Below the pieces are notes generated by a model. It had not been told where the DNA came from, made no database searches, and worked only from the letters and a program-made list of their open reading frames with translations. Both the position numbers and the translations under genes were made by a program. DNA of 64,000 nt, taken from contig CM082581.2 in NCBI GenBank assembly GCA_040954595.2, positions 9,279,878-9,343,877 of the forward strand, given 5' to 3'. This DNA is from Balanoglossus misakiensis. Lineage: Eukaryota; Animalia; Hemichordata. Shown here one piece after another: positions 15,155 through 25,958 of the stretch. Within the stretch, counting starts at the first letter, position 1. Each line of letters begins with the position of its first letter.

Positions 15155-18100
15155 TTTGTATCCTTCCCCATTTTCTCCCTGTAGATGCGTGTCTATATCC
15201 AGTATCATGACAGGTCGTATTTAACGCTAACAACATCAAGATTTATGCTGATGTGGTAGAAGCATATATCATCAAAAGTACACAGCCGACGCAACCCTTA
15301 ATGTCGCGGAGGCAAACGAGCTGTATTAACTGGATCTCCGCATAAGCCGATAATTCTTTCTGAATAAGGAGGGGATTCCATCGAAAGTGACGGCGGCCAC
15401 TCGTGGCTGCATGAAGCCATGCCCACGTAATACCAGAGTGCGCTGCGACACGACGTACCAATCTCGACGTCGGCGATTGCGATCCATCAAGCTACGCGGT
15501 GGGCGAGAGCGGCTTTCTCCGCCGCGGGTTTAAGAGGAGAGAAAGTGAACGTTGCCAGGAAACTGACACACACGTAAAAAAGTGAGATAAAAACCGAAAG
15601 AGGTGCTTACACGCCGATGTGCAATCATATCCATAAAGCAAGGAGGAATCAATAAACCTCAATGGGGGGATGTATTGATATGCGTCATGCACTTACCCTT
15701 GACGGCTTAAAAACACAATTTCCTACAAAGGCAGAGGAGGGGCACTTCTTTTCCGCGAAAAATTTGCACTAGACCGATTTTAAAAATTTAACACGGCGGC
15801 AAACATGCGCTTCCATCGTCGTTTAACGATGGAGACGCATTGTCCGCTCTAACACAAAGACTCATAATCGCACTCGTAAAAAAAAACGAACGACATGTGG
15901 ACTTCGTGTTAAAGGCTGTAAAATCTCCGAATGGTGGCAGTTATAACAAGGTCGACGGCCAAAGCCGCTTACAGCTATTATCATGACCTGTTAAATTAAG
16001 CCGATTGCAGAACATGTACAACGGATAGGTTCATTGCTTTGATGACAGCACACTTGACCAAACAAAAAGCTACTGCAAGCATCACATCATGCAGTAGTCT
16101 GATCCCTACATCCATCACAGTGTGCATATTCACAACCAGGTTACCATTCGCACAACTTCAGTAACAATAAGCAACCATTCTGTTGACAAAATTTTAAAAT
16201 GTTTACTCATTTAGAAGGTAAGAATCGCCGCATTTGTAAATTGAAGCCCAAGAAATTCCCGGGCACTGTACAGTACTCGCCAGTGTAAAGAAACACAGTT
16301 CTCCAGTGCCGCGCATGCCTCGTGACCGAGACTGTTAATGCAATGATATACAACTTCATAGCCAAAAGGGATCATCAGTATACGATGAGACGCTGATCAG
16401 GTGGGTGACGTACAAGCGTGCGCGTTCTATATAACGCATTTTGTTACCTTTATTTCCCGACTATCTTGCATTCAACATGTCTTTTCAGACTGTGGTTACA
16501 ATACTTGTAACTGACACGATCGCTTTTAGTTTCATACAACTGGAGAGCAACTACGAACGTTTGTGATTAGACTCAATCACTACAATGTAATAGCTTCTCA
16601 TTTTACCAAGGTTTGATCATTCACTTGAACGTGTCATGTCATAAGACCTATGCGCGGTTCAAAGCTGAGTAAAGAAGGGTTTAATATAATCTAGAGAGTG
16701 CCTCGGGTTTGGACTTTTCAGTATGTTGACTTCAAATTTCGCACGAGCGAGTAATCTCAGGGTGAGTCGTGACCAGCTGCGAGTTGTAATTCTGTGATAA
16801 TGGCATGACCTATGGGCGTGCGTACCTCGGTGCAAGAAAATTGGTATGCGCATTAAAAGCTCGGGGATTCCTGCAATTTGTGCATTTTGTATCTAGTTTA
16901 TTATCCCTTTAAACGAAATAGCGTGAGGAAAACTTTTGTAGTTGCTGAAATTGCAAGGTCTTCGCAGCACTTAACTCCGCGAGGTATGGGTTTTCATTCG
17001 TTATTTTCATGGTTGTGCATTTACCGACAAAAAATATCCTGTGTATACGTGCTTACCGAGGGGCGAGTATCAGGTGGCTATCCAGCCACCAGTAACATAC
17101 AATACATAATGGAACAGATAAATAATTATTATTGGCCACCTCCAGTAAAACTACACAAATGAGGCATGATCACTTCAAATTGTACGCTCATTCCATCGCC
17201 AACAAAAATCATGCTGGTCACACTGCCACAAATTGGCTTAATAGTGGAAACCCAAAGAATATCTAAGAGAATTGAAAGACATTTTATGGTAAACAAACTG
17301 CAAGAAGTTCCGTACCACGGGGCTGAAACGCGATATAGATGCCATGCTGTTTACGTTTCTGGTAGATGGAGATAAGTAATATGGTTTCTCATTTAGTTGT
17401 CATAAAAATACATATAGTTAATACAGATATCGCCATGAAATCTCACAGTCACAACGCCGTCTCAGGACTATCCTTGATAGGGCGTGATGGCTCAGATGAG
17501 TCTCGTGAAATCCACCACTGAACGTCTATCTGCCGATGAAAGCAAAGTCGCGGACAGCTGCTGTATTGGATGATATGATATGATGTGATGACGCCGATAT
17601 ATCGCACAGGTAACGACTACCTGAGGGTAAAAACTCTCATTTGATTTAGAAATGTGAAGAGAGCACGTCGTGTATTACAAAAGAATTACAGAAACATTAA
17701 AAAATTGTGACTGAACGCGATTAAAAGTCATGCTTCGTTTGAAAAATAATCCATAGTTTACTATTGAGCATCACAACTTTTACCTCGGCGGCTTGAACAT
17801 ATTAAACTTTACAAGGTATATGCTTTCTGATCTCGTAAACACTCCGGCGATCCCTATATAGACTGCACGCGTTGCAGCAATTGAAGTGTCCGTGGTAACT
17901 TAAACGATGCGATGATAGTAGAAGACATGTAATAACGAAATTTGTTTTGTTAATGATCTCCCTGTGTAAGTTTTGTCAGAATCGAGTAAACTGACAGAAG
18001 GAAATATCCACATAATGTACGAGTTGGTTAATTGGGCGGTTAAGGGGCTGCACGATATGTGAAGGATCGCCAACGGAAGCGAAAATGTCGAGGGTGGTCT

Positions 18101-20014
18101 GAGACCGTCTTTCATCCTTCTCGTGACAGCCCGTGAGTTGAATAATTGCAATCGCTCTGGTGAAGAGAACGGCATAGCAAACAGAAGAACATTTTTTTTC
18201 GCTTCAGCTCATCCATCACCGCGGAAATAATTCCATCGGCAACCCTTTCGGAATCTATTTATCAACATGCCTTAGTAAACGTCGGGAGCATGCAGTATTT
18301 CATTTTAATCACGGCAACGCACATGATGCACTCTGCTATATAGCGTGGACTCAAAATCGCCATTATTCGAGACCTAGAAACACAGACCATATTAAACATG
18401 ATCTATCGATATAGTTCATGAAATATTGAAACTCACTACCACGCGAGCATTCACTCGAAACGCATCATGTTCTTCTGTTCATTCTAAATCTCCGTTTATA
18501 TCAGAACAATTAAGTGAAATATGACATTGGGATGACCGATTTTTGCTACAAATACACGCTAAGTTACATATGCTTCAAAATATGATACATGGGATACATA
18601 TGCTTCAACATGATATTGAAATTCGTAAATTGCTTTTAGTGACGTACTTATTGCGTTATCTTAAAAAGTGAAATATGGTACGATATGATAGTCTGAAACA
18701 TGATAGCCTGTATTTCCTTCAGAAGGAAAGTGGTGGCTTTTAGCTTGCCCCCCCCCCCCCAGCTGAAGAAACTGATTGATCCCTAAGATATTGTACTTGC
18801 AAAATATTCGCGTATTTTTTTCTCTCATCATACGCCCTCAAATTAGGCAATATACCTTCATGATTTTTAAAGTGTGACACCGACTCCTGCAATCTTCCGC
18901 ACACTTCATAGGAGATAGAATTTCACAAAAATTCTGGCAAGCAACGAAACTCTCATTTTCCATTTCCGTGCACATTGCCTGAAATCTCAGTAATTGAGGC
19001 CATATTCGGCCATCAATGCAAACAAATTAGCTTGCTATATGACACCTTTACCAGTCACAATATGGTGTCTGATTTTCGGCTTAAAATGATTAACAAGACC
19101 CACCACGAGATTAACCCGACATGCGGCTATTTCTATGATAATTATCGGTGCAATTTCCGTCTGTAGAAAGCGATTCAACATTCTGTCTGGTCGAACAATG
19201 CAGATGGCGATTAGTTTCTTGCAGCAAATGATATTTACAGGGAGATGATTGAGTTGTTTGGAAAATGATGTCTGGTTGATTTGTTTAGGCAGATTGATTT
19301 GTGGGACTGTACGCTGAGCATCATACACACATATGCACACCCATCCATCATCCATCCATACATACACCAATCCATATGCACGCACGCATACATTCATACA
19401 TACATACATACATACATACATACATACATACATACATACATACATACATACATCTGTAAATGTACTCATAGATAGCTTGGCGAATGGATGGGTTAATGGG
19501 TGATGTACTAGTATATAGTGTGCTTTCTGCTGTGTCTAGATAGGATTAATGTATATGTGGCTATTTTTTGGTCGGATTGATTGATTGATTGATTGATTGA
19601 TTAAGAAAGTAACAACAGAGGTGACGTGTACGGATCGCTTCGAGCGTCGTGTTCAGGTATGGGTGAACGAAAAGGAGAATGGAAAGCGAAAATTCACTGC
19701 GTGTATTCTAAATAACGACGCCTTGATTTTTTTTATGTTAGGGAAGTTGAAGATGAATAATTCAGTCTTTGACTTACATAGGCATCAGAGTAGTTGAGAA
19801 CAAGGGTGTAGTCAGCGAGTATATCAGTCCTGTTGTTCACGTATTCCAGCGCAAACTCCGCGGCCGGCAGAATGCCCATTCTCGCCTTTTCTCCGAAATA
19901 ATGAAGCAGTCCCGTAATGTGCAGTTCTGTTTTGCGCGCATCGCTAGGCTGCGGAAATCCGACCAACAGCAGCGGGATGATGAGGAAGTTCGGCGCCGGG
20001 AGAGAAACTCCCAT
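152..20014 (-). CDS. GABA-B receptor-like class C GPCR (GABBR2-like, orphan), 15 coding exons, ~789 aa
   Basis: Exons assembled by hand, all GT-AG and phase-consistent (2370 nt): 20014-19778, 13158-13024, 10061-9732, 9642-9451, 8389-8144, 7813-7750, 7564-7481, 7166-7016, 5633-5501, 2776-2669, 1594-1472, 1290-1191, 1022-784, 635-474, 217-152. The last exon is tentative; exon 14 could instead read through to a stop at 360. Signal peptide MGVSLPAPNFLIIPLLLVGF. Venus-flytrap motifs LFRTVQSDNTNNPA, GLYGSKYQW, AYDAIWAIALALN, GPVQFTSEGDR. 7TM motifs IKMSSPRLNNLIILGC, FGSMFSKTWRVH, LAWETRRVQIPGLNDSK, LVFIPK. C-terminal coiled coil. No cysteine-rich domain, as expected for the GABA-B family. Confidence 0.92.
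4152..4206. repeat. Imperfect (CA)n tract
   Basis: Direct reading. Confidence 0.7.
12023..12170. repeat. Degenerate tandem duplication, two ~74-bp units
   Basis: AAAGTCACTCTCTTTCCA...ACTTTGCCTA...AAGGC (12037-12092) is repeated as AAAGTCACTCTCATTCCA...ACTTTGCCTA...GAGGC (12111-12164). Confidence 0.7.
15119..15154. repeat. Poly-C plus (CT)n microsatellite
   Basis: Direct reading. Confidence 0.9.
19387..19452. repeat. (CATA)n microsatellite
   Basis: Direct reading of tandem CATA units, preceded by imperfect CCAT units. Confidence 0.95.
19575..19602. repeat. (GATT)n microsatellite
   Basis: GATTGATTGATTGATTGATTGATTGATT. Confidence 0.9.
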
Positions 20015-22875
20015 CCTCGCACTCGTAAGCCGTTTCGGTTTGTGATCAAGAGCCGGTGAGACAGAGAGGTGTATACATATAAACCACTTTGCAATTCCCA
20101 CACACACTCAATGCTCGCAGTTTCTCGCGAGATGTCATGAACGCCATCCAGGCAATCAAATTCTCGCATTGGATTAATTCCACTTCGTGTAGATTGGGTG
20201 TCACTTAGATGGGATACCCATTTATACAACACAAAACAGGCCATTAATAATTCAATGGATCTGACATGAAACTGATAAATGGGAGTGTAACAAAATGAGT
20301 TGAAAACCCCCTGAAACGAATGAACTTAGTATCTGGCATACAAACAATAAATATATATATACTGGCATTAGGATCACCACGAGAGGGGCGTGTGCTCGTT
20401 AGATTGTATCTCCTTTGAAATTAGTTCATCTGAATTAGGTTCACTCGCGTAGGCTTAAAACGTACAACTTCAATACCACAAGCCAAACGTATGAAATGTC
20501 CATTGAAAAAAATATTTGTTAGTTACAATGTAATTTCTTGGCGGGTTCTTTGCGAACGTAAATAGTAATTTTTTATCTGAATGAAATTTGAAAGCTACGA
20601 ACTTGGTGGTACTTTCACCGTTAACCGAATGATGAGGACCATCTTGCAGCTTCCGTGACAGAAGTATACGTTTGTTCATTTGTATTGTCCCATCGCCATG
20701 GCAACCTGTCATACATGTCGTACCTTGTGTCGAGCGAGTTTCGACAAGAATGGAGCGAGAAGTGAAGATTGATGCATTTAAAAGACTCGCAATTTCTACG
20801 AAGTCTGTAATGATGTGAAGTCTTCCTTCACGCAGAGTTTCTCAGAATGTCACCCTTCTCAGATCTCGAGGACGACAGGCTGTTACTGGTTCCTGTTAAA
20901 ATCAACAAGTCCATTTGGATCAATTTCTTGCAATCTGCTGCACTGTTCGTCTCTTTTAACTTGGATTCAATTGCATTGGGTTGGCTGAATGCACTAACAA
21001 GCCCTCCAGATGGGGAATGATTTTGGAAACGTGACAACTTTCATGCGTTTGCGTCGCTTTCAGCTTCAACAAAGAACAGACCCCGTCGCTTATGAACCCG
21101 TGTACCGCTACCAAACAACATACCTACATGTTGGCCCTAGGCCTATGTATGATCAATGCACGATTCTCGCTTTTGTTGTTCTGGGGTGCAAAGTCTCGCC
21201 TAACAAATATAATCGATTCCCATTGGCGAAATACTGAAATGGCAAAAGTGGGCGGGTTCCGAATTTGTGATTCGAGCCTCATTCTATAACAGCTACTGGT
21301 ACAGTAACTGTTTTCGTGATTTTTTTTCACGCACAGCTTTCATCAATTGTTGAAATGCACGAATTTTACAGAATACACGCCGAAGTGAAAATGGTCTAAT
21401 TCACGCCCATTCGTAGTGACCATGGCGACTGAGGACACACACGTGCGTTGTAAAGTGGGTACAATTTTCTTTCAGGTAAATTGCCCGGCATGCGTGTAGA
21501 CACCATGATTGATTGTATCCAGATGACTATTTAAACAGCATGCATATTTAGCGCTCACTCATTTTCATTTCACTTTCACGAGAGTAAAGAAAACAACTCC
21601 CCATGATAAATATTATCACAATTGTTTGTTTTCTTGATTAATGCTTCCGCTAACGACATCCAAATGCCAAAGATATTCGACTCATGTCCTTTCGATGGAC
21701 GAATCGCTATATAACTATGGTAAGTGTGGATTTCACAAACAGAAGAGTTTTAAAATGACGTTCCTTTCATGAAAAACAAATATCAGACAACCAAGCACGG
21801 ATTAGGCTGTAATTAAAACTGTCTAGAACATTCTAGATAATTTTCATTTATGGAAAATGTCGACCAACTTTGACACTTGTCGTTTTCGTCATGTCATTTC
21901 ACATTGGGACAGGGCTATTTGTACGCTTTTTAGTCACGAAACCCAATTCATTTTGAAAAGATATTTAGTATACTTACTTGATTAGAAATATTACTATTTT
22001 GGGAGAATGTTACACAGGTTTTGTACACGAACGTTGTTATCAATATTTCATATTCAATCTCTAATGGCACGATACGGCTTTGTATTGTCAACAAACAGAG
22101 GACATCATGCAAAATACAAAATATCATCACGCTTTATCATCGGGGTTTATTATATTTTATTAAGTCGGTCGACTATTTCAATCAACTGCTTTGGCCGAAC
22201 GAGAATGAAATAGTTGGTGCGCCCTCCCTTAACCAGCGCTGAATGTACCAGTACCATAAATCTGGCCTGATGCGTAAATCCATTTACACGGAAGTGAGGG
22301 CGCTTATCCTACAGAGTTACACAGAGACATGAGTACGAGTATGTAACCCTGGGTAACCAACTGCATGTGTGTGATTTATCTACAATTTTGTTAACTTTCA
22401 TGTATGTACCCCTAAAATATGGTCGCCAGTTTCATATAACATTTTGCACATGTACATGCTACCGATAAAATCGTGAAAAATCAACTCAATTCTAACATCA
22501 ACCCAACGGTTTCATTTTCCCTCTGTTTTCAACAATTTTTTTTATGAAAACGTACTTCTCCAGTTTCAGTTTGACGTACAAGTGCACAGTCCAAAAGGAA
22601 TGGGGATCTTGTGATGCTGTGTTTTATCATATAAAGTCTACTGTCTATGGATTAATACCCCTATTATTTTATCAGCATTTGTTGAATATAAGCTCAGCAA
22701 ATGCGGCCGTAAATGTGGTTCGGTATGGGTGTGCGATGTTCCCAGCTGGTGCGATCCAGGAAAAACACAATTTCTATGGCAACGTATGCAGATGATGCAT
22801 TATTTTTCACAACATTGAGTTGTGTGCGCGTGACCAGGTTCCATCATCAGAAATCCGGGTGACCACATCATCGGG

Positions 22876-24183
22876 ATGATTTTCATCTCAAACATCGCAA
22901 GACTGCGAAGACTAGCTAGAGCCCGGTGCTCGATCATTCTGCTTGCGTCGTTTCTCGCACTTGCCACCTGGTATGTCTTTGCTCATCATAGCGGTAGTGG
23001 GGATTCAACGGCAAGTGTCGGTAGCGACACCGAGAGAGATGTACTGGATCCCGAAATCAGAAGCGCCGACCAGGGGGCGCCGTTGTCGGCAAACGATATC
23101 GATGATTTCATGGCGTTAACCATGACCACGGAAGACTTCGCTCCGCCGCCGGCCGACGAAGAAATCGTCATTGTTCGGGATGATCCGGAAGACGAAGCCA
23201 TGAGGATGCTTAACGAAGGTGTGCACATTCTCATGTTGTCTCGTTTTCGAGCTGGTGCCACGTTGACCGAACAGTTTTTCACGCGAGACAGCGGTTTTTT
23301 CGGAGTGCACGAACCGGGAGCATTGGTGCAGCGGAGCCTCGGCCTACCCAGGTTGGAAGAAGCGCCCGGCGAATTGGTGAAAATACGCCAGCATCTGTTG
23401 AATTTTATGCATGATATATATAATTGCAATTTGGATCGAGAGTTTTATTTTTTCGAGGGATTAAGGGCGGAACCAAACTCGCTTCAGCAGCGCCACCTCG
23501 TGCGTGCGACTGGACTCGAAAATCACGACGAAGCAACGCGTGTGTGTCGCGAACGGCCACATAAAGTCATAACAGTCTGCAGGCTGTACAGCATTTTCGA
23601 CGCCGAGAATCTCATCAAAGAGAACGATGTTAAGGTGATAGTTTTCGTCCGCGATCCACGGGGCTTGATATCTTCCAGGATGACTTATCTCAACATTTCT
23701 GCTTCGCAGACTTTTGAGAAAGATGGCACGAAGGTGAAACTTCATCCCAAAATGACCAGCACTGCCGTTGAATACTGCAAGTGGCTGAGAGTGAATTTCA
23801 TTCTGCCGGCAGGTTTACCGGACTGGTTGAAAGGCAGGTATGTGGCGGTCAGGTTTGAGGATTTAGCGGCCGAGCCGGAGAAATTAGTTCGGCACCTGTA
23901 CGATTTCGCGGACCTGCCCGTGATAAGTGAAGAGGTCCTCCAGTTCACCAGAGAGTTTCTGAGAGAAGACGCGCAAATGTGGCGATGGAGGTTGACGCTG
24001 CAACAGATCACGGCAATCCAAGAGTTGTGCGGCCGAGATTTGTTTCGTTCTTTGGGTTACAAGCTGGCCTACAACACCGGGGAGCTGTATGACGACAGTC
24101 TCAATTTTGTCACGGAAATGAGGGCCTATTCGCCAAACTCGCGGCGAAGAGGGGACAGCCAAAATACGGACAACTTCAAATAG
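22876..24183 (+). CDS. Carbohydrate sulfotransferase-like protein (Gal/GlcNAc-6-O-sulfotransferase, CHST1-like family), type II membrane protein, uninterrupted CDS, 435 aa
   Basis: Long GC-richer ORF with a basic N-tail, TM segment (IILLASFLALATWYVFA) and acidic stem. 5'-PSB-position motif LSRFRAGATL, HEP motif, 3'-PB motif VRDPRGLISSR, VRFEDLAAEP, and C-terminal WRWRL..QITAIQELC...LGYK typical of the family. AATAAA at 24234-24239. Confidence 0.88.
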   Translation: MIFISNIARLRRLARARCSIILLASFLALATWYVFAHHSGSGDSTASVGSDTERDVLDPEIRSADQGAPLSANDIDDFMALTMTTEDFAPPPADEEIVIVRDDPEDEAMRMLNEGVHILMLSRFRAGATLTEQFFTRDSGFFGVHEPGALVQRSLGLPRLEEAPGELVKIRQHLLNFMHDIYNCNLDREFYFFEGLRAEPNSLQQRHLVRATGLENHDEATRVCRERPHKVITVCRLYSIFDAENLIKENDVKVIVFVRDPRGLISSRMTYLNISASQTFEKDGTKVKLHPKMTSTAVEYCKWLRVNFILPAGLPDWLKGRYVAVRFEDLAAEPEKLVRHLYDFADLPVISEEVLQFTREFLREDAQMWRWRLTLQQITAIQELCGRDLFRSLGYKLAYNTGELYDDSLNFVTEMRAYSPNSRRRGDSQNTDNFK

Positions 24184-25282
24184 AATGCGTGTGAAAGTTT
24201 TAAGTTTCTTTTGGCATGTACGACTGGCATCAAAATAAAGCGTTTGCTCCCTCCCCACATTACCGTCAGGTGTCAGCCCTTACACACAACAGGTATATTC
24301 TTATCCGTATTATGGTTCGCGGCGGATTAGTTCTGATTTGACCGACAAAAAGATTCTCAGACTTTCCTCAAAGCGACATTTTAAATTGTGAAAGAGGACC
24401 ATGCATAAAGCAGAACTAAATTCAAAATTGGCCTCACTGAATAATGGCGACACAGAAACACACATACTATAAAACTTTAATCCGGTTAGTTTTTATGGCA
24501 AAGTCGTTTAGTGCGTGTAAAAACCCGTGGTATAAAACGCTCGATGCGTGAACAATTCGTCCATGTTTTACAAGCACGGCTGCTGATCAACTGCGCTTCA
24601 GGCTCTTCCCAAAAAAACACAGAGGGCGCTGCCTAAACAAAATCTACCAATACGTGTATGAATAAACATAAATTCATCGAATCCTGTCTAATGCCCAGGT
24701 TTAATTTCCTTTTGAAAGGTTAAAAAGGACTCTTTGATAAGGCCTTTTATTTGACCTCTATAGTCAAGTCTATTTCAATAACGAAAACTAATATATCTCC
24801 ACAGTTGCAATTACTAAAGGAAGAGGTCTTTCATCGGAGCGACGGAGAATTAAACAGAATCCTTGAGATGGTTCCAAAGGTGAGATGAAATTCATCACGA
24901 TCAGTTGGAAAATATGAATTTAATTGAGGACGTATATTTGTAACGATTTCCATCGACCCAGGCAGCCTGTAACCCATTTCGTGGGAATCAAAATTGTACT
25001 CCCTATAACGTGGTACAATATCCTGTTGGCCCATGTGCATGTGTAACGGTAACACTCATTGTTATTGCTGAAAAATTAACTGCTGCGGTACGTATACACA
25101 AACAAAATACTAAAAACATATAGCCAAAGGTTACAGCTAATGGGCACTGCAATTTTGGTCCTGGGAGAAGTTCGTTTGCCAAGGTCTCTTGTCCTGGCAG
25201 TTTGTTAGTGCATAGATGTTTGGATGTCCAGCGTAGTTGTGCGATTGGATGATCAACTACAATGTCGAGGACCGTGGGAGCG

Positions 25283-25958
25283 CACATTTTACATGGTGCC
25301 CTCGCGTGGATGACATTTATAATTTTGTTAATTTTGATTTTTTTTCAGCTACAGGTGTCAATAACCAACGCTAGTAGGCATGGATGATCATTTATAAAAC
25401 AGTGCTAACAGATTGAGGTGGGGTTTTCACGGACAATTCACACTTAGACCAGATCACTTTTTCTGTTTCAACTTGTGCATTTTGCGGGTCTGTTTCCCAT
25501 TTACGTTCTGTTATTTTTCTTTGTGTGGTAGCTCGCCAGGAATATTCCTATATACATAGACTCTGATACTTGCTGTTGTTGGTAAACAACAACATAAGTA
25601 CCAAGCGCAGCAACAACAACAAAAATTGTAGTCTGCGTATTCCCTGTGAGATAGCATACAAAAGAAAAAAAACTGAATGTAAATGGAAAACAAAGACTCG
25701 CAAAATGTATAAATTGAAACAGTACAGTATTTTACCGATCCAAAGTGTGAATTTTCCCATGGAAACTCCGCCTTTTCTATTCGCACTGTTTTGATGCTGG
25801 TACATGTACATGTATCTGCCCCTGGCATTCACATTCATTGTGAATGGTTATGCATGAACTTATGTTGCTTGTTGACACCTCTAACTAAAATTAATAACAA
25901 CAAATTCACAAAAATATAAAGGTGTGCATGACTCACCCACAAAACTTTGTGGAAAATG
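25283..25958. mobile_element. Decayed foldback/MITE-like palindromic element
   Basis: The left arm (~25314-25581) aligns by eye with the reverse complement of the right arm (~25587-25922) over most of its length. Example: CATTTTGCGGGTC-TGTTTCCCATTTACGTTC vs CATTTTGCGAGTCTTTGTTTTCCATTTACATTC. Central hairpin TGTTGTTG-gtaaa-CAACAACA. Confidence 0.75.

Noticed and set aside
19035-19475. ORFs with MYVC/IHTY repeats
   Set aside because: They are translations of the (CATA)n microsatellite.
20015-20107. Upstream extension of GPCR exon 1 in the ORF track
   Set aside because: It starts at a non-ATG codon; the ATG at 20014 directly precedes a good signal peptide.
22986-24258. Several antisense ORFs over the sulfotransferase
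   Set aside because: They are shadow ORFs of a GC-richer coding strand.
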